Assembly: GCA_045591525.1 (NCBI GenBank)
Contig: JAZNTA010000191.1
Location: forward strand, 31,461 to 95,460
Source of the DNA: Acutalibacteraceae bacterium
Lineage (GTDB): Bacteria > Bacillota > Clostridia > Oscillospirales > Acutalibacteraceae
Direction of reading: 5' to 3'
DNA length: 64,000 nucleotides
In this document: positions 28,711 to 40,700 of the stretch, in pieces
Numbering within the stretch: position 1 is the first letter of the stretch
Layout: the number at the start of each line of letters is the position of its first letter
Notes under the pieces: generated by a model
Told to the model about the DNA's origin: nothing
The model's database searches: none
What the model saw: the letters and a program-made list of their open reading frames with translations, nothing else
Translations under genes and position numbers: made by a program

Positions 28711-31700
28711 TTATGAAGTAATTTTTTGCCATCCTAATTTTGCCAAAGTTGGAATTAATTTTTTCAAAGCAGAATTCAATTTACCTTTTTTTACTAGTTT
28801 TTCTACATCACTAAATTTAGACCTATCCTCCTCAAATATGTATGCATTATAATCAAAACCCAGTTCCCCCGACCTTGCGCCACAATCAGTAACCTCAGAT
28901 TTGGATGTGTATATACCTTTTTTATACCAGACATAATGAGCAATCAATTCATAAGCAATACCGTTAATCGTTCTCTTTTTTAATGCATTTTCGTTTATTT
29001 TTCTCGCTAATTTTCTCAGTACGTATGCGAATGTTTTAGTTTTTCCTGTTCCAAATATTTCATCAATATTATCCTGCTCATTCCACACCTGTATTACACC
29101 ATTTTTATAATCTGCGAAAACACTTACCTTACCTATAGAACAAAATAATCTATATGAGTAATATAAAGCTCTGTAGTATCCTGAATAACTATTTTTATAT
29201 TTTTTTCCTGAAATAGAATTCTTAGCATACCCACTCTCATCAACATAATTCACCGGATCATTTTCACAATAAGCAAATGGATTATAACTTATTTCAAATT
29301 GAGTAATACCTATGTAATTTACATCATCACAATTTATAAATCTGCAAATTTCAGGGTCATAATAACGGCTTTGAAGATAATACATACCTATTTCAGAATC
29401 GTAATAATATGAACGGTATCTGAACGGATTAAGGTTACCAATTTCGGTATTTGAACCTGTAACAGAAATAACTGAACCCCAAGGGTCGTAAGCGTATTCA
29501 GAAACAATATCCCCCGAACTGTCAGCAATAGCTATGATATCATCTTGTACATTTTTAATGTAGAAATACTGATTATCATTATATGTAAAACCGATTATTT
29601 CACCTGTATTATCATAATAGAAATGCAAAGTATTTGTTCCGTCTGTTTGCTCAATTATGTCTGTTCCATTAAGATAATATTTTGTTGTTACGCCGTTAAC
29701 GGTTTTACTTGTTCTTATGCCATCTTCATTATATTTATATGTATTTGAACCGTAAGAAGCAAGCTGCCTGCCCATTGTCCATGTAAGTGTGTTTCCTTTA
29801 TATGATATGGGATTACCAATGGCATCATAAGATATATTTTGTCCGCTAAACTTTGCAAGTTTATCTTTCCAAACATCGTCCCTAGTCCAACTATCATAAT
29901 CCTTATAACTATATACTTTTTCTCCGTTGTTGTCTACTGAAACAACATATTCTCTCCGAGTAAGAATGTTGCCTCTTTCATCATAAGTATATTCCCATTT
30001 TGTTGTACCGTTTTCGGCAGAAACAAGCTGATGCTTATTATCATAAGTATACACCGTTGTTTCAGAATTTGTAATAGTTTCCCCTTGATTACCCTCGCTT
30101 TCTCTTGTTAAAGTTTCTGCTACAATATTACCGTTAGAATCATAAGAATAATTATAAGAAAAGGTCAGGTCGTCTACCGTATTTTTTAACACGGTAACCC
30201 TTGAGTTTGCACCGTAACCATATTCGGTTGAAATATTACTGTTAACAGTTTCTTTTGTTAAATTTCCTGATAAATCCTCTGCAGATGTCTTTGAGAATAG
30301 CAACGTATCATTTTTACTGAAAGTATCTTCATTATTATTTGATACTAACTTATATTCATTTGTACCTATATTAACTATTTCTCCGTCAAAACTATTTTCG
30401 TCAGTTTCATCCTTTTCACATTTTCTTACAGAATATAATGTCATATTTTCTGAATCCGAAACAACAACCCTATTTCCTTCAGTTATTTTATTAAGATTGT
30501 TAACTAAATCTTTGGTTGTGGTTGTTATGCTTCCGTCTTCATTATGAACATTACAACTTTCGTACAAAACATAATCATTCAAACAGATAATTTCCCAATC
30601 ATCATCTGTATATAAATATGTTACCAGCTGTTCGTTTGCATAATCAGCAGAAGTAACATCTTGTTTTGTATCTTCAGTATATTCATATTCAACGATTTGT
30701 TGAGTGCCTACATTAGCAGTTGAAATGTTTCCGAAAGTGTTATATGTAAAATTATATTCCTTGTATGAATGACTCTCAAGGTTACCGAAATCATCATACC
30801 CGTATGTTCCAACAAAACCGTAAGTATCAACCCGTTCTGTTAACAAGTTATTAATATATGTATAGTCCGTATCCCCTTCAGGTGCATCGACTTTAATTAT
30901 ATTACCCTCGTTATCGTATGTATATGTTGTAGTTTGGTCGTCATAAGTTTCTTCTATTACTCTACCCAATAAGTCGTATGTTGTTGAAACAGAAAACTCA
31001 GTTTCTTCACCTTCGTCATATACAGTTTCAATAAGCTGATTCCATTCATTAAACACATAACTTGTAGTGTTCACCGTAGTTATTGTTTGAATTTCAGTGT
31101 CATCTTCGTTTTGCGTTTGTTCATTTTCAGTAATAATTTCTTTGGTGACATTACCAAAATTATCGTACTCATATTCTTCAATATACGTTTCAATCCAACC
31201 AACACCAAAACTGCTACTGTCTGAATATCTTGTAACACTACCTCTTGAATTATATGAATATAATGTTCTTTCAGAGTTAACAAGTGTTCCGTCGGTATTT
31301 CTTACTAAAATAGTCTCTTCAATAACATTGTCACTTATTTCATCAGCATAAATTGTAACCGTTTTAGTTTTTGCTACTGCCTCTGCGTCAGCAAATGTTG
31401 TTGTGTTTGTTACAGTAAAAGTACCTGCTGCAACTTCAAGTGTAGTAATAACTCTGCCATTTTCATCATATTTATAAAAAATATAACTTCCGTCATCATA
31501 TTTATCATAGAGATCAGAAAGTTCTTCCTCTTCCATGTACTCGTTATCTGTATATTCATCTAGTGCAGTATCATTATCCGTATCAGTATTATCGTCATCA
31601 GCTCTTTCAATTACATAAGCAACATTAGAAAATATATCAGCTGTCAACGAATTATTGATATATGAGGGATAATAGCCAGCTTTATCTGTATAATTAAATC

Positions 31701-34700
31701 CACTTTCGCTGGTAATAATATTATCCGAATAGTAAAAAGTGTCTGCAACACCTTTACTATCTTCAATAGCGACACAACCTATATTATCGGGGAGTGTACT
31801 ATCTTGGCTGGCTTTAGTATCATTATATGTATATTTTACAAACGCTCCGCTTTTTTGTGTTATACGTTTTATTCTACCGTTTAAATAATCAACTATTACT
31901 CCATCATCATTTGTAAGTACGCCGTCTGTATAAACATAGTTATGAGCAATGCCTAATGCATCTACAAATTGTGTTAAGTTATTATCGTCCCAATAATAGC
32001 AAACTGTTTTGGTTTCCGTTGATGAGGCTATAGTTATTGTTATATCATCCGGCTTATTATCTGTTAAATTAATTGTTGCTGTAGCAGTATCTGTATAAAT
32101 GTTTGAATCTTCGGTTTTCACCTTATTTGTAATAGTGAGAATTGTATCTGTCCATGCATATACTGCTATATTATATTCATCTTCTATGGCAGCAAGTTTT
32201 TTGGATGAATCAAAATATAAAGTTAATGAATCGTATTCAAGACAATAAGCATAACTATTTCCCGCTATTGTTCCGCTTTCAACTTTTAATTCATCACCAT
32301 CAACCGAAAAATATTGACCGTTTTCATCCGAAATAAAATGATGTTTTTCCCCATAAAAGTCCGTAAAAACATAGCCATTTCTATAGTCAGCAAGATTTGA
32401 ATTAAAAGTGAAGAACCAACCATCATTACTTGAATATACTCTTTCGAAATCTACCGGAAACACGCCATCTCCGAACACTATATCATTATAGGAATTACGA
32501 TATTCACCAAGTTTGCTATCAACATCGATAGATACTCGTTCTCCTATATTACCTGCGACATCATGTGCCCATGCTTCTATAGTTGTGTCATATGTGTTAA
32601 CAAGGTCGAACGATATGCTAGAACTATTATATCCACCATAGGTACGACCACCTACAGAATATGATATAAACTCGTTCGTATCCACATCTTCCGAAAAGTC
32701 AAATGAACGTGAATTTATATACACTTTACCATTTTCTTCAAAAATATCGGGTGCTTCCGGTTCGCTTGTATCATCAGGGTAAGGGTAAGCCACACCATAG
32801 TTTTTAGACAATTTATTTCCTGCTGTATCTGTAACAGTAAGACTATATGTAACACCCGGTTCACAAGTCTTTGCGATAACCTTTTTTGTGCCGCTAATTG
32901 AAACGGCACTACCACCATTTAAGGAATAGTTTTTCAAACTACAATTATCTGTTAATGTGATCGTAACATCTACCGGTGTGTAATTGTCCGTAGCCTCACC
33001 ATATGTGAATGCAGCAGACGGTTTTGTTTTGTCTATTTTGGAAATAGAAACAGATTTTACAGCAGAAATATTTCCTGCGTAGTCTTTAACTTTGATTTTT
33101 ACAGTTTGATTGGAAGAAAATGTTTTTGAGTTACTTGATTGCCAAGTTGACCCATTATCAAAACTATATCTATAAATACCATAAGTTTCATCTGTTGCAG
33201 TAACTTTTAAGGTAACATCGCCATTAGTATACGATGTGGGATTACCGGAAACAGAACTGATTACAGGAGCAGTTGTGTCATTAGTGTAACTAATAACTGC
33301 ATATGGTCTGTAAGATGAGGTTGTATGTTCTTTGGTTGCAAATGCTCTCCAAAGATAATCGTCACTGTTAGAATCACATTCTGCAATAAACACAAGACCA
33401 CGATTGGATGTTCCGCTTTTCCAAGCTCTTACTGCATAAGTTATGTTAAAAGCATACCAATAATTACTATCGCTTACATCTGTTGATGTACTATTGATAT
33501 TTCTTCTTGGTAATGCAAGATCTTCTTTTCCGGGATAAGATATTTTGGTTGTATATGATGGTCTGGTACTCCAAGTAACAGAATTATCCCAAGTATCTTT
33601 TATTAAATATGGTCTTACATACATTGTATCTGTGCGACCGGTTGTCTCTCTTAAATATAACTTGGCAGAAGATATCTTAGCATATTTTTCTATAGCTGAG
33701 GGTATTTTGAAATAGAACATTGCTCTGCCTCTGCCATACTCGCTAGATGTAGTTCTACCGAAACAAGCAGTAATATTAGAACTGTGTGAATCCGTACTAA
33801 GGGCGGAATACACAGAAGTATCATATGTCATAGATATATTTGATGTGGTGGGGTCTATGATAATAGGATACTGTGTGGTTTCAGCAGAAAGGTACTCTGC
33901 AGGAATATTAACGGTTAATCTATATTGAACTTCAGAAATTTTTTCAAGACCATATTCACAATCAGCATAATGTTCAGATGTTTGGTCAAAACCTTCAGAC
34001 GAATCATAAACAAAAGGCGCTTTAAATGTATCAACTATTTCTCGGTTGCCCTTATCTATGATTTCAATATCACCATAAGAGTTGATAGCAGCTACTGCAT
34101 TTTCTGTATAAAGAGTAAATTCATATGTTGTTTTTCCGGTATAAGAATCAACTATAATTTCCTCTTTTATTCCGTTAAGCTGCGGTGCATAACGAAGTGA
34201 TGTATTAGAATCGTAAACTCCGTTATATAAAAATGCATCAAATTCCTTTCCATCATCTTCAAGAGTTACAATTTGACCTGCCGCTATTATAGAACTATTA
34301 GGAACAATTCTTACTCTGTTTCCGTTGGGATTAACCAACATAATACCGTTGTCAGAATTCGCTCCAAAATATGTTTTATAATCGTTTGCTCCATTTTCAT
34401 AACTATAACCGAGAGAATTTAACTCCGCATTGGACAAAGGTTGAATATTAATATCTTTATATACTAATTCACCATTATCATCAATAAAGCTAACCGGTTC
34501 AGAAAACATATACGCTGTCTCACTGCCATCATCAAGTTCAAGAGTAAGTTTTGTGTGGTCAATATCTGTTTCGCTTTCTGTAGTGTTATTTGTTGCATCA
34601 GAAGAATATGTTTGAACAGTACTGGTTCTTGCATTTGCATTCGCTGTCACAATGCCAGCTTCTTCTGTTGGTTCAGCTTTCTGTGTTTCTTCAACTTCTG

Positions 34701-34887
34701 TAATTTTCACCGCATTATCAGCATTGATTATATTTTTTAAATAACCCGATAAATTCTCGTTAAAATATGCTTTTCTTGCTTGTGCTTCTGAGAAATCTGC
34801 TGCAATTACTGTTGTAGCAGAAGAAAACACTCCCATCATTGTTAATACTGTTAATATAATCGCTATGATTTTCTTGATTTTATTCAT
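28711..34887 (-). CDS. RHS/YD-repeat polymorphic toxin 1 (Sec signal, DNRLRE-like and Ig-like domains, RHS shell, unknown C-terminal toxin)
   Basis: Signal peptide ...VIAADF; many YD repeats (YTYDNEGN, YGYDDFGN, YTYDERGN); core end 'NDPVNYVDESGY' followed by about 190 aa. Confidence 0.9.
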   Translation of the reverse strand: MNKIKKIIAIILTVLTMMGVFSSATTVIAADFSEAQARKAYFNENLSGYLKNIINADNAVKITEVEETQKAEPTEEAGIVTANANARTSTVQTYSSDATNNTTESETDIDHTKLTLELDDGSETAYMFSEPVSFIDDNGELVYKDINIQPLSNAELNSLGYSYENGANDYKTYFGANSDNGIMLVNPNGNRVRIVPNSSIIAAGQIVTLEDDGKEFDAFLYNGVYDSNTSLRYAPQLNGIKEEIIVDSYTGKTTYEFTLYTENAVAAINSYGDIEIIDKGNREIVDTFKAPFVYDSSEGFDQTSEHYADCEYGLEKISEVQYRLTVNIPAEYLSAETTQYPIIIDPTTSNISMTYDTSVYSALSTDSHSSNITACFGRTTSSEYGRGRAMFYFKIPSAIEKYAKISSAKLYLRETTGRTDTMYVRPYLIKDTWDNSVTWSTRPSYTTKISYPGKEDLALPRRNINSTSTDVSDSNYWYAFNITYAVRAWKSGTSNRGLVFIAECDSNSDDYLWRAFATKEHTTSSYRPYAVISYTNDTTAPVISSVSGNPTSYTNGDVTLKVTATDETYGIYRYSFDNGSTWQSSNSKTFSSNQTVKIKVKDYAGNISAVKSVSISKIDKTKPSAAFTYGEATDNYTPVDVTITLTDNCSLKNYSLNGGSAVSISGTKKVIAKTCEPGVTYSLTVTDTAGNKLSKNYGVAYPYPDDTSEPEAPDIFEENGKVYINSRSFDFSEDVDTNEFISYSVGGRTYGGYNSSSISFDLVNTYDTTIEAWAHDVAGNIGERVSIDVDSKLGEYRNSYNDIVFGDGVFPVDFERVYSSNDGWFFTFNSNLADYRNGYVFTDFYGEKHHFISDENGQYFSVDGDELKVESGTIAGNSYAYCLEYDSLTLYFDSSKKLAAIEDEYNIAVYAWTDTILTITNKVKTEDSNIYTDTATATINLTDNKPDDITITIASSTETKTVCYYWDDNNLTQFVDALGIAHNYVYTDGVLTNDDGVIVDYLNGRIKRITQKSGAFVKYTYNDTKASQDSTLPDNIGCVAIEDSKGVADTFYYSDNIITSESGFNYTDKAGYYPSYINNSLTADIFSNVAYVIERADDDNTDTDNDTALDEYTDNEYMEEEELSDLYDKYDDGSYIFYKYDENGRVITTLEVAAGTFTVTNTTTFADAEAVAKTKTVTIYADEISDNVIEETILVRNTDGTLVNSERTLYSYNSRGSVTRYSDSSSFGVGWIETYIEEYEYDNFGNVTKEIITENEQTQNEDDTEIQTITTVNTTSYVFNEWNQLIETVYDEGEETEFSVSTTYDLLGRVIEETYDDQTTTYTYDNEGNIIKVDAPEGDTDYTYINNLLTERVDTYGFVGTYGYDDFGNLESHSYKEYNFTYNTFGNISTANVGTQQIVEYEYTEDTKQDVTSADYANEQLVTYLYTDDDWEIICLNDYVLYESCNVHNEDGSITTTTKDLVNNLNKITEGNRVVVSDSENMTLYSVRKCEKDETDENSFDGEIVNIGTNEYKLVSNNNEDTFSKNDTLLFSKTSAEDLSGNLTKETVNSNISTEYGYGANSRVTVLKNTVDDLTFSYNYSYDSNGNIVAETLTRESEGNQGETITNSETTVYTYDNKHQLVSAENGTTKWEYTYDERGNILTRREYVVSVDNNGEKVYSYKDYDSWTRDDVWKDKLAKFSGQNISYDAIGNPISYKGNTLTWTMGRQLASYGSNTYKYNEDGIRTSKTVNGVTTKYYLNGTDIIEQTDGTNTLHFYYDNTGEIIGFTYNDNQYFYIKNVQDDIIAIADSSGDIVSEYAYDPWGSVISVTGSNTEIGNLNPFRYRSYYYDSEIGMYYLQSRYYDPEICRFINCDDVNYIGITQFEISYNPFAYCENDPVNYVDESGYAKNSISGKKYKNSYSGYYRALYYSYRLFCSIGKVSVFADYKNGVIQVWNEQDNIDEIFGTGKTKTFAYVLRKLARKINENALKKRTINGIAYELIAHYVWYKKGIYTSKSEVTDCGARSGELGFDYNAYIFEEDRSKFSDVEKLVKKGKLNSALKKLIPTLAKLGWQKITS

Positions 34888-35015
34888 ATTTTACCTCCTA
34901 CGTTTTATTTATTAGCATTCAAAAAAAACCAAATTCCACCCCCACGCATTTAAATACTATATTTCATTTCAATATTAGCATTAACACCATTAACTTGTCC
35001 GTTCTCATTACAAAC

Positions 35016-35046
35016 TGCAAGAAAATATTGTCAAATTGCAAGAAAA
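35016..35046 (-). promoter_or_regulatory. double-repeat box c
   Basis: TGCAAGAAAAtattgtcaaatTGCAAGAAAA, 129 nt upstream of the RHS1 ATG. Confidence 0.65.
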
Positions 35047-35054
35047 CATAAAAA

Positions 35055-35086
35055 GCAACAGACACAAAAAATTCGTGTACTGTTGC
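35055..35086 (-). terminator. intrinsic terminator
   Basis: GCAACAGACAC...GTGTACTGTTGC then a T run on the minus strand. Confidence 0.65.
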
Positions 35087-35109
35087 TAATTATTATATAA
35101 ATATTTGAC

Positions 35110-35637
35110 TCAAGTGTCTTTTTCACTTTGCTCTAACATGCGCCTAAACGTATCATCACTTTCTTTTAGCTTTTCTACTACCAAATGTTTCTCATATGGT
35201 AAAACAAATGCTATGTAATCATTATTTAATAAATGCAAAACATCCGTTGTTAACCATTTAAAAAAGAAAAAGAAAATACCAAAAAGAATAGAAAACAACA
35301 TAACAAGAACCAAGACTGCTATAAAAAAATTAAATTCTTTTATACTTAAGAAAATTTCTTCAATTTTATCAATATTGGTAATTATATGCTCTACATAAAA
35401 TGTTACAGCGAAAGAGAGATATGCCAATGCAATTGAAGACACAACTTGATTATTAAAGAATTCATACATTTTCATATATTTTAAACTATTAATCAATTTA
35501 TCTGGTTTGCAATTTTCTGACGTATAGTAATTATCAATTTGTTCTATTGTCTCTTTCAGAATAATATCTAGTGATTTTTTCTTCGCTCCTTTTGTCTTTT
35601 TGAATAAGCTCAACCCTTGTATCTTTGATTTTTTCAT
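35110..35637 (-). CDS. two-TM membrane protein, 'LPYE' family
   Basis: Paralogue of 25499-26029. Confidence 0.6.
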   Translation of the reverse strand: MKKSKIQGLSLFKKTKGAKKKSLDIILKETIEQIDNYYTSENCKPDKLINSLKYMKMYEFFNNQVVSSIALAYLSFAVTFYVEHIITNIDKIEEIFLSIKEFNFFIAVLVLVMLFSILFGIFFFFFKWLTTDVLHLLNNDYIAFVLPYEKHLVVEKLKESDDTFRRMLEQSEKDT

Positions 35638-35692
35638 TATTAATATCTCCCCATAAACGAATCTAAAATTTTAACATTACCTACAACATGAC

Positions 35693-36337
35693 TCATTTTT
35701 TCTTTTTATGAGATGAGTTACGATAAGGACAATAAATGCATCTTCTTTGCTCTTCAATTAAACTTTTTTCTGTTTCGTGCCATTTTTTACTTTTGGTCTT
35801 TATCAGTCTTTCATAATCGTAACAATATAAAGTGAGAATAATTTCTGTTAATAAAACAATAACTTGTATTGCTAATGTAAACCAAAACATTGGAGGTTCT
35901 ATGTTTTTTTCATTCCAATAAACCAGCAACCAAAACAAAACACTTGAAGATACTGCAATTAATATAAAATCACACTTAGAAGCAAAATAAATAAAATTCT
36001 CTCTAAAATATTTATGTTCTCTATATTTATGCAATCGACTTTCCCATTTGTAGTCTATATTCGGTTCAATGAAAACCTGTATATATGAAGAAATTCTTGC
36101 TATAGACTGCCTGCTGTCGAATACCCTCAACGATGTTACAAACATTATAACTAAGGGGATAATTGTAATCCACGGGCTTTTCGTATCTATTGCAACGCCC
36201 CATAGTGTAACAGCTGTTGTATACGAAAAAACTGTGAATGTGTTTTGCCTTTTTTTATGATGCATTATTTCATCTCTTAACATCTTGTACTCTTCTTTAA
36301 TTGTTGGCAAATCAACATGCAAATCCTTTTTAGACAT
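35693..36337 (-). CDS. hypothetical four-TM membrane protein with C-terminal CxxC
   Basis: Start taken at MSKKDL; four hydrophobic helices; 'RRCIYCPYR' tail. Confidence 0.55.
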   Translation of the reverse strand: MSKKDLHVDLPTIKEEYKMLRDEIMHHKKRQNTFTVFSYTTAVTLWGVAIDTKSPWITIIPLVIMFVTSLRVFDSRQSIARISSYIQVFIEPNIDYKWESRLHKYREHKYFRENFIYFASKCDFILIAVSSSVLFWLLVYWNEKNIEPPMFWFTLAIQVIVLLTEIILTLYCYDYERLIKTKSKKWHETEKSLIEEQRRCIYCPYRNSSHKKKK

Positions 36338-36444
36338 TAATAAATCACCCACTTCAATCAACAAAAACATTAAGTTACATAGACAAAAAACTACGTCATT
36401 ATGTTATAAAAATATAAAATCTAAAACAACCCTCCAAAACGAAC

Positions 36445-36475
36445 TGCAAGAAAATTTTGTCAAAATGCAAGTTTT
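36445..36475 (-). promoter_or_regulatory. double-repeat box d
   Basis: TGCAAGAAAAttttgtcaaaaTGCAAGTTTT, 108 nt upstream of the start. Confidence 0.6.
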
Positions 36476-36516
36476 TTGGTCGAGATTTGTCGAATTATGA
36501 AATTGATTTAAAAAGA

Positions 36517-36550
36517 ACACCGACATTGACACAAAAGCCAATATCGGTGT
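36517..36550 (-). terminator. intrinsic (bidirectional) terminator
   Basis: ACACCGA...TCGGTGT with T runs on both sides. Confidence 0.6.
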
Positions 36551-36636
36551 TTTTTGTATAAGAATAATTTAAAGAGTTTATAAAAAAGGTTCTTTAAAAG
36601 CCCCAAAAATTATCGAGGGTTGTATTGCTTAAACTC

Positions 36637-37773
36637 TCATATTTTCAGTGGTCTCGAACCCTTCCTGGATTGAACTTTTTCTGATTGAGCTTCTAAAATT
36701 TCCATTAAAGCATCCATTTCCAAAGCAAATTCGCTCTTACCATTTCCGAAAACAATAAACTTGTCATTTGCTACATACATACTATTAATAGGTTGGCTTT
36801 TATTTGTGAAACTAAAATCTTTTTTATTCGCCAAATTTATTGTGATTGGTTCAGTATTTGGAAAATACTTTCTTATATCAATATCGAAACCATTAAAAGC
36901 AATTCCAGCTATTACACTTTTACTTTCAATATCACCAACATAATAATTGTCTATATCTTTTAATTTGAACAAGAACAAATTATTTTTGGGCAACCAATTA
37001 ATAAATTCAAAAGTTTTACCTTTCCAAACTGCCCCCTCATTTGAAATCACTCTTTTATTTTTATAGTCAAAAAAGCAACAATTTTTATAATGAATCCCGA
37101 AAACACCTGGCATTTTTATCCCATAAAAATATCTATCAGAGAAATCAAATATAGAAGGAGATAGATTTTTTAAATACCACCTGTCTACACCATATTGCTT
37201 TGCCGATTCAAAATTCAGAACAGTAATCTTTGCAGGAATCTCAAACTTAATGAATCCGTATTGTTGCTTTGGCTTTCGCATAATTAAAAATAATGTGAAT
37301 TTATTACTCTTTTTCTCAACAGATAAAAAACAACTATTTTCAATTTTTAACGCGATTTCACTTTTCTTGTTTTGTAAATCTGTAACAACTACACATTGAA
37401 ATTCTTCCCTGGGCTTGTATTGTTCAAAATAAATAAAAGTTACAATTTTATTTAAATCATCCAGAAAAAACATTGCTCTGGGCATAGCCTCTTCGGCAAG
37501 ACTAAACTCAGAAAAAATGTTTGTGATTTTTTCTGTTTTCAAACTTTTGGTATCTGTCAAATAAATATTTCCTCTATCATCAATATTCGCGATTTCATCT
37601 CCATTTTTGGAAATTGCACAAGCAGCTATTGCTTTCGGCAAATGAATTTTATTTTCTTCATTGTTTTTCATATTAATCAAGGTTGCTAACCCTGAACTAT
37701 ACAAATTGTATCTTAAGCAATAACCACCATCATCACTAAAGACAGTCGGTTTTATTGAACCTAACTTTATCAT
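36637..37773 (-). CDS. putative immunity protein for RHS toxin 2 (cytoplasmic, repeat-rich)
   Basis: Starts 14 nt after the RHS2 stop, its RBS lies inside the RHS2 3' end; no signal peptide. Confidence 0.5.
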   Translation of the reverse strand: MIKLGSIKPTVFSDDGGYCLRYNLYSSGLATLINMKNNEENKIHLPKAIAACAISKNGDEIANIDDRGNIYLTDTKSLKTEKITNIFSEFSLAEEAMPRAMFFLDDLNKIVTFIYFEQYKPREEFQCVVVTDLQNKKSEIALKIENSCFLSVEKKSNKFTLFLIMRKPKQQYGFIKFEIPAKITVLNFESAKQYGVDRWYLKNLSPSIFDFSDRYFYGIKMPGVFGIHYKNCCFFDYKNKRVISNEGAVWKGKTFEFINWLPKNNLFLFKLKDIDNYYVGDIESKSVIAGIAFNGFDIDIRKYFPNTEPITINLANKKDFSFTNKSQPINSMYVANDKFIVFGNGKSEFALEMDALMEILEAQSEKVQSRKGSRPLKI

Positions 37774-37786
37774 AACGCCTCCATTA

Positions 37787-40700
37787 TTAATATAACGTGT
37801 TCAATCCGGAAAGTAAAATTTTGTAAAAGAGTAGTATACTGTACACACCATAATATCCACCTTTTTCATAAGCAGATTCAGTTGATTTATGAATGAGTGA
37901 ATAGTAAATATTAGTATTTAAGGCTCTATGAAAAGCAGCATCCAACATAACTAAATTTACTGGATCATTTATTGAAATGTAGCTCTTATCCAAATATTCA
38001 CTGCAATAAACCAATTCACCCTTTATACTAAAATAGACATTTCTTGGTGCAATATGATGTTTTTGTTGGCTGGAATCCGGCTTATTATTTCTAGCTCTAG
38101 TCAATATATCATCAATCACATCAGAAAGTTCTGCTTCTACTTCAGTATATGTACGCCGTATTAACTCAACAAAACCATCAACACCGGTTAACACACTATT
38201 ACCGAAATTATAAACAGCGCCACTTATTGCATCTAAAACATACGGATTACATAGCATGATTATTACTACGCATAAAATTAACATAACAAATGCATATTGT
38301 AAAAATGTGGTTATAGCTATCGTCATTCCACCTAAAACTATAAAACCTGCTAAATCCCCCCCGTAATCCACCATATTCACCGGATTATTATTACAATAAG
38401 CGAACAGGTTAGCTCCAAGAGGTGTGCCTTGGGTTGCTTCCAAGATTTCGATTGTATCCGCATTCAAGAACCTACCATAAGTCGGGTTATAATATCTTGA
38501 CTGCAGGTAATAAAGCCCTGTATGCGGGTCATACATGTATCCCCTGTAAGTTATCGGTGTGAAAATCACCGCAAGAACGGATTGAGCTAAAATATCGCTA
38601 TTTTCTTTATTATAAGTAGGCGAAACATTACCCCAGGAATCATACCAATAGGTAAGAACCTTTTCACCTTCTTCGTTATACACCCCGATTATATCTCCCT
38701 GTAAATTCTTTTCAAAGAAAAATCTTATATATTCATTATCTTCAACAAGGTGAATTTCATACCCTATTTGCTCACCTGAATTATCAAAGAAATTCTTTAA
38801 TACTGCAGCTACGTTTCCATCTGCATCAGTTGTGCAATATCCTGTCATTTTGCCATTTTCCCAGAAATAATTGAATACTGAATTTATTTCATTAGTTTCT
38901 GAATCTCGAAAAACGGCTTTTGTTCTCAAACCATCTGAATTATATGAATATTCATATCGTTCTCCTCCGACTGTTACTGCGGAAAGCTGTCTTCCATTCC
39001 ATTCAAGGATTCCTGAAATCTCATTGCTTATACCAATTGTAAAATAATTCAGCGGATTGCCCATCGCATCAGTATCAATCTGGAAATCTTCAAAGGCAGT
39101 CAATTTATCTTTCCATGTGCTATCATAAGTGTAGTCCCAAGTATCGTCGGGTTCTTCAGGAAGATCGCCTGTTGAATACTCATAAAATTTCCTTTGAACA
39201 AGGTTACCACCTTTATCATATACATAAACAGAAGTTACACCAGCAATTGCATCATTTTCTCTAACAAGCTGACCAACCTCATCATAAACATAACTGCAAA
39301 TTTCGGTTGCAATGGGCAAAACACCTGATGCATAATCATCACAACTTATTCTTGTAATGTTACCATTGCCGTCATACTCATAATAATACTGTTTACCATT
39401 TAAAACAGTTTCGGTAATAGTTGAATCATCACCTGAACCAACTATTTCAGAAAACGAAGTCTTATATGATGTTACCTGAGATGTGGTAAAGATTTTCCCC
39501 GGTTCTTCTTCGTTCTCATAATCTCTGTAGGTATATTCAACATTGTTTTTTATTGAATGGTTAACTCCGCTTTCCTGAGATAAAATATAGGAAAAGCTTT
39601 TATTGTCTGTTCGACCAAAATAATCTGTAACAGAAGAAAGGTTGTATTTCCTATCAGACGGAGTTCCGAATGAACTTATAGTTGTGGTAGTTCCCTCTAC
39701 ACTATCAGAATCAACTGTACCTTTATTTTCAGTGTATCTCAATCCACCTAAAATTTCAACAGGAATTTCATCTCCGTTTTCATCAGTTTCAAAACCTTTG
39801 AAATATATCGGTGTTCCCGTAGCATTCTGAGAATTATAATATTCCCATCCGTTATCAGTATATTTCACGGTACAATTATCTGTAACGCTTGTAATTGTCT
39901 GAACCTGACCATCAACATAACCATATACATAATCAGCAACCAGTGTTCCATCTGCAGAATAAGACTCTATAGATGTGATATTACCATCAGCATCATCATA
40001 GGTATAGACTGTATAATCTCCGTTACCGTAGGTTATTCGGTTCAATCGGTCGCGGGTTTTATCTGCTGAATCATAGGTATAGGAAACCAATTCCTGTTCC
40101 CCTACTTTAACCGCAGTCGGATTGCCCCAAGCATTATACTCATAATTATATGAAAAACCGTTATGGGTGATGCTCTTTATTCTGTCATTCTCATAGCTGT
40201 ATGAGGTTTCCATTTTGTTTCCACTTATAAGTCCGTTAACATCATTAGAAACTTTTTTAAGACGGCTCATAGCATCATAAGAAAAAGTTGTTACCTCATC
40301 TTTTCCGTCAGACATTGATAATAACTGACCATTCATCGGGTCATAGTTATATCCGTTATAAATTCCGTTTAAATCTGTTTGACTGCCGTAATAGTTACCG
40401 CTGACATTCTGCTCCATAGCCATTGTTTTTTCGCCATCGGTCATAGAGAAAGATTTTTTCTGAGAAGTATTTTCAAAGCTATAACCTCTGTTGCAATAAG
40501 GCAAAATACAGTTGTCAGAATGTTCGGTACAAGGGCAATTCGGTGTAGTGCAACCATTACATTCACATCCTGATGTTGCTTCTGATGTTCCTGAACTTGT
40601 ATTATTATTTCCAGCATTTTGTGATGCAGTTGCCTTATAGGTATTAACAAGGCTAACATCATCAAAACGCACTGTACCATATTGGAAATAATATGCAAGA

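Noticed and set aside
35026-35031. TTGACA between the two box repeats as the -35 element of the regulated promoters
   Set aside because: A matching -10 at 16-17 nt is good only at some sites (TGTAAT, TGTAAA, TGTTAT) and poor at others (TGAATG, CGTTTT). The promoter position is therefore left open, pending transcription start site mapping.
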